From: Mobula hypostoma
Lineage: Eukaryota
Length of the DNA: 64,000 nucleotides
Reading direction: 5' to 3'
NCBI RefSeq assembly: GCF_963921235.1
Contig: NC_086097.1
Location: forward strand, 80,230,001 to 80,294,000
Made by a program: the position numbers and the translations under genes. Positions 1 to 13,015 of this stretch are shown here, one piece after another. A model generated the notes under the pieces. The model searched no databases. It was not told the DNA's origin and worked only from the letters and a program-made list of their open reading frames with translations. Each line of letters opens with the position of its first letter. Position 1 is the first letter of the stretch.

Positions 1-1278
1 GCCTGTTACAGTTATAATGAGATCTGGCAAGCCTGAGGTATTGCGGGGGTCTAAAGTGGGGAGTTCATTCAAATTTTCCCTTGTAAACACAGAGTGAAAC
101 TGTTGGTTAAGTGCTTGTGCTTTGTCTGCAGCAAGAGATACAATGCAGCCCCCAGATGAGAGAGAAGAAATTCCAAAAACTTCTTGCCTTGTAGATTTAA
201 TAAAGCTCCAGAAGGGTTTGGTGTTGTCACTCTTTAAGCTCTCACCTATTACCTCATTAACGTACTGATGGTGAGCTTTCCTGATGTTTCTATCAATAAG
301 TCGGCGCAAGGATTTAAACTTTTGCCAGTCTGCACTGTGACCAGATTTCCTAGCTTTATTGAACCTGGGAGAGCTCGTTTTAGAGGGGACATACTTATCA
401 ATTGCTGCTTGAAGGACCTCTTGGAAGTTAGACCAAAGAATATTAATACTGACCGATGCTAAATATTCCTTAGTTAGTGACTGGTCAAAATCACTAACAA
501 GTTTTGCAATTCCACTAAAATCTGCTTTCCTATACAGAAGTACTTTCCTTTTGCGGGGTTTAATTAATTTCACAGTAAGCTTTGCATTCATAACAACATC
601 ATGGTCGCTAATCCCTGCAGTGACATGGTGATTCACAACTAAAGCTGGATTTAACTCAAAACCTAAGTCCAGTATGTTACTTTTTCTAGTTGGATGTCTA
701 ACAATTTGTGTCACATTAAAATCAGCAACAATATCAAGCATTAGTTTACTAACTGCTTCATAGCTGCCCCCTTGGCAGACAATACTGCTGTCCCAATCCA
801 CACTAGGCAAATTAAAATCTCCAAGAAGCCAAATAGATGCTGATTGAGGGATTTTTGAAAGAGACAAATCCAGTTCCTTTAAATAATCAACACCAAATGA
901 TGGAGGACGATAGAATGCTCCAACATGTACCGGTTTTAGATCTTTAACATCCACAATTTGAATCAAGGGTATTTTCTTCAGTAACTATGTGAGTACTTTT
1001 CACTGCAATAAACACTCCACCATGGGAGCTAGAATTCCTGTCTTTCCTAAAAACCTGGAAGTAGGGGAGAAAGATTTCTCCCGAAGCAATGTCGTTGTTG
1101 AGCCATGACTTAGTACCAACTATTATGTTGGGATTTTCATCGTCGGTCAAGGCTTGAAAATTAGCTTTCTTTGCTCTCAAGCTCTGACAATTCATGTTTA
1201 TTATTTTTACAGTCTTAAACTTTTGCCGGATGCATGTCTTTATAGGTCTACGACTCTTCCCTTTAATTTTAATCTCTA
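1..1278 (-). mobile_element. CR1-clade LINE ORF2 fragment (AP endonuclease plus tether), running off the left edge; atypical subfamily
   Basis: Minus-strand translation gives NCQSLRAKK..IIVGTKSWL..FQVFRKDR..GGVFIAV, GAFYRPP, LLGDFNLPSVDW, GISDHD, then KPFWSFIKS..DKAQALNQQFHSVFTRE. Confidence 0.85.
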
Positions 1279-1279
1279 G

Positions 1280-1963
1280 CAGTCACCATCCCTCCGGATC
1301 ACACCTAACTTCCACGTATCTTGCCTCAAGCCCTTTGTCCGGAACCAAGAACGGTGGAAGGTTATTCAGTGTGCACAGTTCACCGGTTGATGGAAAGGTG
1401 TTGTCACGGATAGTGTGTACACCCCTGGTTGACTAGGAAGGGTACAGCTCGGAGGAGAAGTCTTGGGGGTCATCCAGTTTCATCTTGGATCCATCGCTCA
1501 CTGGTGAGTTCCACTGGACCCATCCGGATCATTTTGTGCCATCAGGTGCTGGTCACAGGAGGGTGGGGTGGGGTGGGGTGGGTTGGTCCTATTAGGCCTG
1601 CACAGGTTTGCAACTCCCAGTCTCCATCTGGCTAACAAGAGTCACCTCCACTCGTTTCCATCTCATCACCTGCAACCTATTTAAACCTAGCTGTAATCCA
1701 GTCCTTTGTTCACTCTTATGAACAAGCCATCCACTACCACTTGCTTCTAGCTTTCAGTTATCTTGTTGCCTTGTGGTGTTAAGTATCTGTTTTCCCTTGT
1801 TTTATGGCCCCTTGTGGCTTATTATTTTGGTAGACCACAAAACTGACCTGATTTTAATGATGTCTCAACCAATCTTTGTTCTTTCCTCACCACTGGTGCA
1901 CCCATGAGTTGAAACCCATTTCTTCAACACTAATCTTTGAGCCACACATTTATTTCTGTGACA
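1280..1963 (+). mobile_element. 3' remnant of a sushi/chromovirus-type Gypsy element: integrase C-terminus/chromodomain, PPT and 3' LTR (about 1590-1963)
   Basis: SLRITPNFHVSCLKP and [30 protein letters not shown] resemble the sushi chromodomain. A G-rich PPT precedes the LTR, which ends in TGTGACA. Confidence 0.7.
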
Positions 1964-2127
1964 TGACCTTCTGCCAAGTTGTTCAGAAAGTAATCCAGCA
2001 GTTATTTGTGACTCACTTCTACTGTTTTGTTAGGTCGGTAGATACACTTCTTAAAGGCAAGTTCTGAAGACTGGCTTCACACAATGGGTCGAGCAACAGC
2101 AGTGGGAGAAAATAAATTGTCAATATT

Positions 2128-2232
2128 TTGGACCAAAATCTGCATCATGATTCATTTCTGTTCCCACACAGATGCTGCTCAGCCCCCTGAGTTCGTCCAG
2201 CAGATTCTAGCATCTGCAGTCTTTTGTGTCTC
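2128..2232 (+). repeat. Degenerate Penelope pLTR tail
   Basis: AGATGCTGC..CTGAGTTC.TCCAGC..AGCATCTGCAG motif shared with the other Penelope tails in the window. Confidence 0.55.
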
Positions 2233-2574
2233 TCCGAAGACTCCTAGTAGGGTTACAGAGTCTGTTCTGTGCTGGAGTGAAACCAGAAACAATAGGTTAC
2301 AGTTTATGTAGGTTCAAAGGTCACAGACAGGACTAAATGGGAATTTCAGTTGAAGAACAAACAGCTTGAATCAAAATTAAAAGGCAGATTGAAAATTAAA
2401 ATGGTAAGTGTGAGAAGTAGAACCAGACACTTAATCAGATACTTCATTATTTTCAACAAAACTATGTTGAGGAATAAAGACTCCTTGAGAAGAATGACCA
2501 ATAAATAATACTTCTTGGAGGGATGAAAAATCAGATGATCTTGTTGAACCATAAGGTTCTGAGAAGGCTTCATA

Positions 2575-5500
2575 AGGGAAACGGTGAGAAGAATCCAAGA
2601 ATTATTTCAGAATAATGTGTCACCCACTTAAGACTGGCAACTAATAACAAAGAAGATACTGAAAGCTTTTTTAAGTATATAAAGGGTAAAAGGGAGTTCA
2701 GGGTAGATATAGAAAATGATGCTGGAGATATTGTAATGAGAGATGCAGAGATGGCAGAGGAACTGAATGCATATTTTGCGTCAGTCTTCACAGTGGAAGA
2801 CGTCTGCAGTATACTGGACATTCAAGAGTGTGAGGGAAGTGAAGTATGTGCAGTGAAAATTACGACCGAGAAGGTGCTCAGGAAGCTTAATGGTCTGAGG
2901 GTGGATAAATCTCCTGGACCTGATGGAATGCACCCTCAGTTCTGAAGGAAGTAGCTGGAGAGATCGCAGAGGCATTTACAATGATCTTTCAAGAAATTGA
3001 TAGATTCTGGCATTGTATCAGATGACTAGAAAATTACAAATGTTACTCTGCTATTTAAGAAGGGTGGGCGGCAGCAGAAAGGAAACTATAGACCATTTAG
3101 ACTGACATCAGTGGTTGGGAAGTTGTTGGAATCGATTGTTAGGGATGAGATTACTGAGTACCTGGAGGCACATGACAAGATAGGCCAAAGCCAGCATGGT
3201 TTCCTGAAAGGAAAATCCTGCCTGACTAACTTACTGCAATTTTTGTTGAAATTACAAGCAGGGTAAACAAAAGAGATGCAGTGGATGTGTACTTGGGTTT
3301 TCAGAAGGCCTTTGACAAGGTGCTGCACATGAGGCCGCTTAGCAAGATAAGAGCCCATGGAATTACAGGGAAGTTACTAGCATGGGCGGAGCATTGGCTG
3401 ATCGGCAGAAAACAGAGAGTGAGAATAAAGGGAGCTTATTCTGGCTGGGTATGAGGATAAACTACATCCAGCTGCGGAGCATTTGCTTTCGGTAATGAGG
3501 TTACTGTTAACCACAGCTACTTCCAGGTCACCTTCAGGCAAGGTGTAGCACCTGTTAGCCTCCCTACTTGGGTTACAGTGAAGCCACGGAATGCAGGTGG
3601 TGGATGAATGCAGGTTGTGAGTAACACAATCGACGGTTCCTGCTTCTCAGACGCTGAGCAGTAGATCCTTTTAATAGGACAATATTCAGGGTCACCCGTC
3701 TTGTAAAGACACTGCATCGGAAGCAAGCAAGGGGAAGCTACTTCTTGTATTTTATCCCTAGTACAACCATGGTTAATACATACACAAATGTAAAAGACAA
3801 CAGCGTAAATGGCAGCCCACTTCCAAATAGTGCGGACACCTCGCTCGGTACGGGATATCATGTAAACAGACAGGTGAGCCCAGATCGTCACACTACTACT
3901 GTCTGCAAGAACAAGAGACTGCGAGTTGCCACTTGGAATGTTCGAACCCTGCACCAAGCTGGTAAGCTAGAAAACGTAAAATTAGAAATGAAGAGGCTAG
4001 AGGTCAGCATCCTAGGCCTAAGTGAAATAAAATGGAAAGGCGCTGGAGTATTCCAATCAGACGACTACAAGATGATGTACTCTGGTGGAGATAAACATGA
4101 AAAGGGTGTTGCAACCATCTTAGACAAAGAAACATCCAAGAGCCTGCTCGGATACTGGCATATCTCAGACAGAATGATGCTAATCAAACTAACAGGACAA
4201 GAAAACAACATCTCCATCATCCAAGTATATGCACCCACAATGACAAGCTCAGAGGAGGAAACTGATGCCTTCTGCCCCTCCCTAGACAAAGCACTAGAGA
4301 ATGCAAATCACAAGAAGCCATCATAGTCATGGGCGACTTCAATGCAAAAGTTGGTGAGGGAAGAGAAGACCATATTGTTGGAGACCTGGGATTGGGAGAA
4401 AGAAATGAAAGAGGAGAAAAGTGTAAAACAATCAATCAGATAATCACCAACACTTGGTTTAAACAACATCCAAGAAGGAAATTGACCAGGAGAAGCCCAG
4501 GTGGGAACAACAAAAATCAAATCAATTACATAACAATCAATAACAGATTCAAAAACTCGATAACTCAATCTAAAAGCTACCCTGGAGCAGACTGTGGAAG
4601 CGACCACATACCAGTCATTTGCAAAATGAAAATAAAGATGAGAAAATTAAAGAAACCAAAAAGATCAGAACCACTGGATTATCAACAACTACAAAACAAC
4701 CCTCATCTGAAAACAGAATACACAATCAAGGTGAAAAACCGTTTTCAGTTGCTGCAGGATGAAGGAGGCAAATCCTCCTGGGACATACTGAAGGAATCCA
4801 TGGTTGTAGCTGCAAAAGAAACCATCCCACGAAAAGAACGGGAAAGTAAGAGGAAATGGATAACTGAAGAAATAATACAATTGATGCAACGAAAACAGAC
4901 CATCAAACTAAGAGACAGCAAAGAATACAAACAACTTGATAAGACAATAAAAAGAAAATGCAGAGAAACTAAAGACAGATGGCTAAATGAGAAATGCTCA
5001 GACAGAAATGCTACAAACCCATAACCCTGGAACAAAGTTGATGCACAATAAGATTAAAGATCTAGCGGGGAAATTACCTTGCTCAACAAGTGGATACATC
5101 AAGGCATCAAAGATGGCAGCTTAATTATGAACAAAGGGGAAACCCTAAACAGATGGACAGAATATATAAAAGAACTTTTTGAAGACCAAAGAGGAGAAAA
5201 ACCAAACATAAAGAAGAATCTTGAAGGACCTAGCATTCTAAAATCAGAAATTTGAGCAGCTGTAAATAGAACAAAACATAACAGGGCAACTGGTCCAGAC
5301 AACATCGCTGTTGAAATGATACTGGCCTTAGAAGATTTTGGAATCGAGAGAATAACAGAAATAGCAAATGAAATCTCTGATCATGGGGAGATACCTGATG
5401 ATTTAAGTAAATCAGTGTTCATCACACTTGCAAAGAAAGAGGGAGCAACAGAATGTGAGTTACATCGTACAATAAGCCTGATGAGCCACATGGCAAAAAT

Positions 5501-7047
5501 TCTCAGAGTAATCATGATGAGAGCAAGACGCTGTATAAAACCAGAAATCAGTAAAGAACAATGCAGCTTTGTGGAAAACACTGGAACCAGAAATGCAATT
5601 TTCATGCTACGGATGATCTGTGATCGACCCATCCAGGTATAAAAAGACATCTACCTATGTTTCATTGACTATACAAAAGCTTTTGACACTGTTAGACAGC
5701 AAGATCTTCTGGAAATGCTTCAAGAGCTTGACAAAGATGGGAAAGATATATGTTTCTTAAGAAACTTATGCTGGGACCAGACAGCATTCTTCAGAATAGA
5801 AGGAGGAGTGAGTGAGTATGTGAATATCATGAGAGGAGTCAGGCAAGGTTGTGTCTTTTCACCAGACTTATTCAACCTGTATAGTGCAAATATCTTGAGA
5901 AGTATCAAAGACATCAAAGGATTCACAATTGAAGGCCATAATATAAGTAACAACAGAAATGCTGATGACATCGTACTAATAGCTGACTCAGAAACAAAAC
6001 TTCAAAAACTACTCACTATAGTGGCAGCAGAAAGTAATCACGGAGGCCTCTCAATCAACACCAAGAAGTCAGAAAGCATGGTCATCTCCAGAAAGATAAA
6101 TATCCCGCAATGTGTGATCAAGATCAGAAATACAAACATCAAACAATTCAACAAATTCAAATATCTTGGCAGCCTAATAACAAGTAATGGCAGGTGTGAC
6201 ACAGATATCAAATACAGAATAGCAATGGCGAAAGAAGATTTCCAAAAAATAAAGACCATATTAACAGACAGAAAGATGAGCACGTACACTAAAAACAGAA
6301 TACTGCAGTGCTACATTTATTCTGTCCTGACTTATGGAAGTGAATGCTGGACCATTTCTCCAGCAATGGAAAAGAGACTAGAAGCAGCTGAATTATGGTT
6401 CTACAGGATAATTTAAAAAATATCATGGACCACACGCACATCAAATGAAGTTCTCAGAAGAGCCCAAGCAGTTCGATCACTCATACCAACAATAAGAGGA
6501 AGACAACTCGGATTCCTAGGACACATCATGTGGAAAGATGAACTAGAAAAACTCATACTGTCTGGAAAGATTGAGGGGAGTAAACCTAGAGGAAGACCCC
6601 GGCTTATGTACATCAAAAGCATAGCCAGGTGGCTACACATCGAGGAAATAGAAGTCATCCAAAAAACGAAGGATAGATCTTTATGGAAAACCATGGTCAC
6701 CAACGTCCACATCGGATATGGTACCTAGACAGACAGACAGACGGACAGACATTCTGGCTGGCTGCAGGTTATCAGTGGATTTCCACAGGGGTCGGTGTTG
6801 GGACTGCTGCTTTTTATGATGTATGTCAATGATTTGGACTATGGGGTTTGTGGCTAAATTTGCCGATGATACAAAGATAGGTGGAGGAGCGGGTAGTGTT
6901 GAGGAAACAGAGCCTGTAGAGTGACTTAGATAGTTTAGGGGAATGGGCAAAGAAGTGGCAAATGAAATACAATGTTGGAAAGTGTATGGTCATGCACTTT
7001 GGTGGAAGAAATACAGGCAGACTATTATTTAGATGGGGAGAGAATTT
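2575..7047 (+). mobile_element. CR1 LINE ORF2 fragment (2575-3448 and 6762-7047) split by an RTE insertion
   Basis: AEELNAYFASVFT..KSPGPDGMHP, NYRP, SQHGFLKGKSCLTNL; the reading resumes after the RTE with PQGSVLG and KFADDTK. Confidence 0.9.
3449..6750 (+). mobile_element. Full-length RTE (BovB-like) LINE; single APE-RT ORF (about 3769-6728) with several stops and frameshifts
   Basis: VATWNVRTL..LGLSEIKW..IIQVYAPT, MGDFNAKVG, GSDH, RGVRQGCVFSPDLFNLY, NADD, FKYLGS; (GACA)n 3' tail; TSD ATTCTGGCTGG at 3438-3448 and 6751-6761. Confidence 0.95.
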
Positions 7048-7375
7048 CAAGGGAAGTCAATGTCTGATCACCGTGAAGTACCTAGCAATGGACTGCATTT
7101 GAACTTGCCAAAGAGCTGACACAGCACTGAGCAGAGAATGCAATTATCACTTAATCTAACTTCAACAGATCGCTCAATGATTTTTGCTGGTCTCTAGTCA
7201 TTCCCCTGTGTATGCCAGACTCAGCATTTTTCTCATGGATTCTGATCAGTGTATCTCCAAGTTTCTAAAACAGAAAGCTTACTTTGTGATCAAAATCGTA
7301 AAGCAAGATCTCTAAAAGAATCCTGATTTGAATTTTAGCTCATCCTATTTCTGTGGAGGACTCTTGTGGGGAGAA

Positions 7376-8460
7376 GCTTGAGCTGAGCCCTCTCCTTTAC
7401 TCCCTATAAACCCACAATGGTGTTGCCACGCACAGCTCCAACCTGCTGATCAAATTTGCAGATGATACGACATTGATATGCGTTATTTCCAACAATGATG
7501 AGACAGCCTACAGAGAAGTCAATGCCCTGACAGTGGCGCCAAGAAAACAACCTCTCCCTCAATGTCGAAAAATGAAGGAGCTGATTGTGGATTACTGGAA
7601 GAAAGAAGACAGGCTAACGCCTATTGATGTCAATGGGACTGTATTGAGATGTTGAGTAGTTTCAAGTTCCTCGGTATACACATCACTAAGTATCTCACCT
7701 GGACTGTATATACCAGCTATGTGGTGAAAAAAACACAACATCGCCTCTTTCACCTCAGACGGCTGAAGGAGTTCGACATGAGTCACGAAATCCTCAGGAC
7801 TTTCTACAGGGTTGCCACTGAGAGCATCCTGTCTTGTTGTGTCGCCACCTGGTACGGGATCTGTACTACCCTCAATTGCAGGGCACTGCAGAAAGTGGTG
7901 CAGACAACCCAGCAAATCTGTGGATGTGAACCTCCCCCTATCCAGGACGTTTACAGCAGCAGGTGCGTAAGAAGGGCCCAGAGGATCGTCAGGGACTCCA
8001 GCCACCCCAACTACAAACTGTTTCAGCTGCTTCCGTTTGGCAAACGCTACCGCAGCATTAAGGCGAGGAACAAAAAGCTATGGGACAGCTTCTGTCACCA
8101 GGCCATCAGATTTATCAGTACACATTAATCCGATTGCATATCTGACTGTACATACATGTACAAAAACCAATTATGTATACAATCAACAGGAATTCTGCAG
8201 ATGCTGGAAATTCAAGCAACACACATCAAAGTTGCTGGTGAACGCAGCAGGCCAGGCAGCATCTGTAGGAAGAGGTGCAGTCGACATTTCAGGCCGAGAC
8301 CCTTCGTCAGGACTAACTGAAGGAAGCAATACAATCTTAGTGTTGAGCGATATCCTCCCACATTTCAATTCTTTATTGCTTCTACATTGCGACGGAGACA
8401 CAACATTAAGATTTTTGCTCCCTCATGATGTGAGATGGATGTAAAAAAATAAAATAAATT
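7376..8460 (+). mobile_element. Rex1/Babar LINE 3' fragment
   Basis: [55 protein letters not shown]-rich end. Confidence 0.85.
8185..8328 (-). mobile_element. Short Penelope pLTR insertion with a minimal hammerhead ribozyme (8278-8315)
   Basis: Minus strand reads TAGTC-CTGACGA-AGGGTCTCGGCCT-GAAAT-GTC-GACTG; TSD ATACAATC at 8177-8184 and 8329-8336. Confidence 0.85.
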
Positions 8461-8689
8461 CTAATTTTAGTGGAAGGCCCCTGAGATTACCTAGGAAATT
8501 ATGGAGTTAGCTGACCTCATGTATATTCTTAAATCCAAAAATCTTCTCTGAAAGGCGTAGCATCATCCTGGTTTAATGCACAATTTGGGCAAGGTTGTGT
8601 GCAAGATAATAGCATATTTTAGAGTCACAGAGCAATGCAGCATGAGAACAAGTCCATTGGCCCACGAAATTTACACTGACCTGCAATAA

Positions 8690-8940
8690 CTCATTTGTTT
8701 TACATGAATCCTATCTAAACTCATTTTATTTTTGTACATTCCTATCAACTCTATCAACGGATCACCTACCCATTGGGAACATTTGGCCAATTAACCTACC
8801 AACCTGTATATTTTTGGGATATGAAAGGAAACCAGAACATCAAAGGACACTACATGGCCATAAGGGGAGCATACAAATTCGACAGAGAGCAATATTTCAC
8901 CTGAGTCACTACAGCATCTCTACTTGTTGTGCCCCTGTGT
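8690..8940 (-). mobile_element. Degenerate V/HE1-type SINE
   Basis: The reverse complement resembles the V-domain seen at 9812-10025. Confidence 0.5.
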
Positions 8941-9811
8941 TACAACTGGCATGTCCATTGTATTTGGTGCTGGCTTGTACATATGAAGCCTGTTTTAAAA
9001 TAGCAGGATTAATCTTGTTTTAAAATGGCAATATTAACTAATTAATCCTATTTTAACAACCCCCTCCTCACCCCATCCACCCCCCACTACTGGGCCTCCA
9101 GCATTGTGGGATGTCTTTATACAGTGATTTCTCTCCTCTGCATAGAATTGTCTGACATCTATTTGTTTGTGATAAATTCTTATCACACATTGAACTTTTG
9201 CAGTTGAGAAATGATGGGACAAATTAGAAAGGCCTAGGAAATGGCACGGAGAATCTTCTGTGCAACCATGCCATGTCTGATCTGATGCATAAAGCATACA
9301 GACTTTGTTTGTCTGATATTAGATTGTAGTAGCACTGCAGAGGTGGTAAGTGAATCAGGTGGCTTGGGGGAATTCAGAAGACGTTTTTGTTGAGGTTAGC
9401 ATCAGCTAAAGCAAACCAGTACCACTTAAAGCACACATGCATCTCTTAAGGAAAAAGATAGATTGTAACCTTGATGGGAGTGAAAGTAATGATTGATCTT
9501 TTTTGGGGTGATAGACTTTTCCAACCCTGCCATGGTGACCTAAGTGGATGAGTGGGAAAAGAGGAGGGCTGTAACCATTTTGTCACTGTGGATCACAAGC
9601 CTTTTGGTACACTGAAATTGCAGTGGAAAGAGGTTGTTTAGGAGAGAAATATTGGGAGCCGAACACAATACTACAAAAATTTCACGACCTCACACGTATG
9701 ATCAAGGTCAGGCAAGTTCACCATTAGCCACAGACATTTTCTAATGCACCACAGACTGCTTACTAACAATTACTTACTAACAATCTTTGCCAGACAAGAA
9801 TTGCTTCCTTC

Positions 9812-10025
9812 ATTCCTGCTGCTGTCTGTAAGGAGTTTGTATGTTCTCTGAATGATCATGTGGGTTTTCTCCGGGTGCTTCAGTTTCCTCCCACAGACCA
9901 AAGACGTGCTGGTTGGTAGGCTAATTGGTCATTGTAAGTTGCCCTGTGATTACACTAGGGGTTGCTGGGTGGTGTGGCTCGAAGGACTGGAAGGGCTTGT
10001 TGTGTGCTGTATTGCAATAAATATT
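9812..10025 (+). mobile_element. V/HE1-type SINE body
   Basis: GGAGTTTGTATGTTCTC..GTGGGTTTTCTCCGGGTGCTTCAGTTTCCTCCCACA V-domain; AATAAA end. Confidence 0.75.
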
Positions 10026-10480
10026 TTTTAAAAAAACATACCTCGTACAGAAAGCTTTATAGAGCTGGTACTAACCGTTAGCTATTAAATGACAACTGTG
10101 TCATCACCCAAGCACAGACACTCTCTCTCTTTCTCCTTTTGTGTAGGGCGTGTTGAAATAAAGCCACAAGTAAGAGTAACTAACCAGCAGTACAAAGGAC
10201 CTTCTGCTACACCCCAGTCTATGTTGGAGATGATGCTATCTTCAGTTAGAGGAAACATAATTGGTGCTGTGACTAATAGAAGACGACAAAATCCATGTAC
10301 TTGATCCTGCTCCAGCTCACTCATCTCAGAATCTCTCCAGCTCCTCTTCACAGTACCTATTTCCTTTCCTTGTAGAGATGGATAGAAATAAACTATTCTC
10401 ATGGCAAGTTGGAGATGGCTTCCTCTGGGATGCTTATATGCTCCAGCTGTGTGAAATCATTTAGATACTTTGTCTTAAGG

Positions 10481-10908
10481 CCATAACACCATAAGACATA
10501 GGAACAGAATCAGGCCATTCAGCCCATCTAGTCTGCTCTGCCATTCCACTATAGTTAATTTATTATCCCTCTCAACTGCATTCTCCTGCCTTATCCCTGT
10601 AACCTTTGATGCCCTGACTAATCAAGAACCTATCAACTTACACTTTAAAATATACTCAATGACTTGGCCTGTACAGCCGTTTGTGGCAATGAATTCCACA
10701 GATTCATCATCCTCTGGCTAAAGAAATTCCTCCTAATCTTTGTTTTGTGTTCTGAGGCTGTGCTCTCTGGTCCTAGACTCTCCCACTATAGGAAGTCTCC
10801 TCTCCACATCCACCCTATATAGGCCTTGCAATATTCAACAGGCTTTAGTGAGAACCCCCCTCATTCTTCTGGACTCCCGTGAGTACAGGCCCAGACCAAT
10901 CAAACACT
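10481..10908 (-). mobile_element. CR1 3' end fragment
   Basis: Reverse complement of the CR1 3' region (RNFFSQR..NLWNSLP) with a repeated tail. Confidence 0.8.
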
Positions 10909-10920
10909 GTCTAAATATAG

Positions 10921-11370
10921 GAACACACCCAAAATGCTGGAGGAATTTTGGTCAGGCAGTATCTATGGAAATGAATAAACAGTTAATGTTTCAGGCCAAG
11001 GTGCTTCTTCAGGACTGAAAAGAAAGGAGAAGGTGCCAGAATAAAAAGGTGGGGGAAGGGGAAGGAGGCTAGCTGGAAAGTGAAAGGGGAAGCCGGATGG
11101 GTGGGAAAGGTAAAGTGCTGGAGAAGAAGGAATCTGATAGGAGAGGAGAGTGGACCATAGGAGAAAGGAAAGGAGGAGGGGACCCATGGGGAAGAGATAT
11201 GAAGGTGAGAAGAGGTAAAAGGCCAGAGTAGGGAAGAGGGGAGTGGGAGGGATTTTTTTTACTGGAATGAGAAACCAATATTTATGCTATCAGGTTGGAG
11301 GCTAATCAGATGGAATATTAGGTGTTGCTCCTCCACCTTAACATGTCGGAATGAGAATGGGAAGCGGTGC
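10921..11370 (-). mobile_element. Penelope-like fragment (GIY-YIG end plus pLTR, degenerate hammerhead)
   Basis: Homologous to 32880-33390 in reverse orientation. Confidence 0.75.
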
Positions 11371-12342
11371 TTGAATATAGTCGACATGAAGTCTGAATAT
11401 ATTCAGGTTTTAAGAGTAGCCAATAAGCTATTAATGTGTTACAAAAGATGAACTAACTCTTCTTCACCTTACTGCATTGCTGTAGTGCCTTCTATTAAGA
11501 ATATAGTGTTGTTCCAAAAGCCTGCTGTCAGAGAAACAGTCATTTGGGGAACAAAACTTATTTATCTCTCTATTTCATATATTGTCAAAGTTTCAAAGAA
11601 TCATCCGTAATTAAAACCAGGAACTAACAGTATATCAGCGTATTAACACCAGTTCAACATTAATTTTGATGCGTTTAATCATATGCCATATGAATGAAAT
11701 TTTGTGGGGTTTGTGCTGTATGTAGAATTAATAGCTCTAGATGTGATTAGATTATGGTGGCACAATTGGTGTTTTGCTTTGAACTTTTATCTCTTTTCAT
11801 GACTGAATATAATTTTCTCAGCTACTCAAGAGAAGTTTATGATCAAGTAATTACCCCATTAATAGCAATCAATTTCTTGAGAAATTAGGAAAGGGCAATA
11901 AAAGCTGGCCTTGTTAATGCTGCCCCATCAGTAAATGGATTGATAAAAACTATTAGAGAATCAGTGAGTTATCAGTTTAACAATGCAATTAATATCTAAA
12001 TTTGCAATTAAGTAGCTATAGAGGACACAAAATTGATTAATACATTCCACAGTATTGATTATCTTCTGTTAAATGCCATCAGATGGAACATTAAAGTCTT
12101 CAAAAATTTTATATTTTTGTTTGCAGAATTCACATGGTAATATTATTCCATGAAAGTTCTTTTTGTCTGCTTATTTTAGATTATTGTAAATCCTGAGCAA
12201 TTAATTCGGAAAATTCCCACACTTCAGAAGAACATTTGGCCTGTCTCAGATATCTGCTTTAAATGCCTTCATAGTTAAATCCTGAATTTTTATAAAATCC
12301 TGAATATTCTCAGGTATTTTCACACACATGTAATGGCTTCTG

Positions 12343-12792
12343 ACCCTACACCTGTGAGTCGGCTGGGGTGATATACTGCATCCGGTGCTCCTGATGCGGC
12401 CTTCTATATATTGGCGAGACCCGATGCAGACTGCGAGATCGTTTTGCTGAACACCTACGCTCTGTCCACCAGAGAAAGCAGGATCTCCCAGTGGCCACAC
12501 ATTTAATTCCACGTCTCATTCCCATTCTGATATGTCTATCCATGGCCTCCTCTACTGTCAAGATGAAGCCACACTCAGGTTGGAGGAACACCACCTTATA
12601 TTCCATCTGGGTAGCCTCCAACCTGATGGCATGAACATTGACTTCTCTAACTTCCATTAATGCCCCACCTCCCCTTTGTACCCCATCCCTTATTTATTTA
12701 TTTATTAGGGTCTCGGCCCGAAACGTTGACTGTACCTCTTCCTATAGATGCTGCCCAGCCTGCTGCATTCACCAGAAATTTTTATGTGTGTT
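12343..12792 (+). mobile_element. Penelope fragment (GIY-YIG region plus tail) inside the Gypsy 5' LTR
   Basis: TCESAGVIYCIRCS..LYIGET..LRLEEHHLIFHLGSLQPDGMNIDFSNF; the tail lacks the CTGANGA box. Confidence 0.9.
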
Positions 12793-13015
12793 CCTTTTTC
12801 TTTTTTGTTTTCTTTATTAACCATATAGACAAATTCAGAATTATAAAGCTCAATCATTTAATCGCATATTGTGTACTTCTATTATTTCATGGTACTGATT
12901 TGTAACAGGGGACAGGTCACGCAACATCCACCCAAACGAGGTTTCTTAAGTTTGGCCAGGCCAGGGGCTATCATCCCCTATGTTAAGCTGCTAGCTGAAG
13001 TGAGAGTTACAATTG

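Noticed and set aside
1402..1963. Solo LTR bounded by TGTCAC...GTGACA
   Set aside because: There is no TSD, and 1402 lies inside the chromodomain-coding remnant. The real LTR starts at about 1590, after the PPT.
3449..3768. HDV-like ribozyme at the RTE 5' end
   Set aside because: One is expected for the clade, but I could not assemble a complete P1-P4 fold by eye.
12108..12142. 10-nt microexon AATTCACATG
   Set aside because: The donor is weak (GTAATA), and such motifs are expected by chance in AT-rich DNA.
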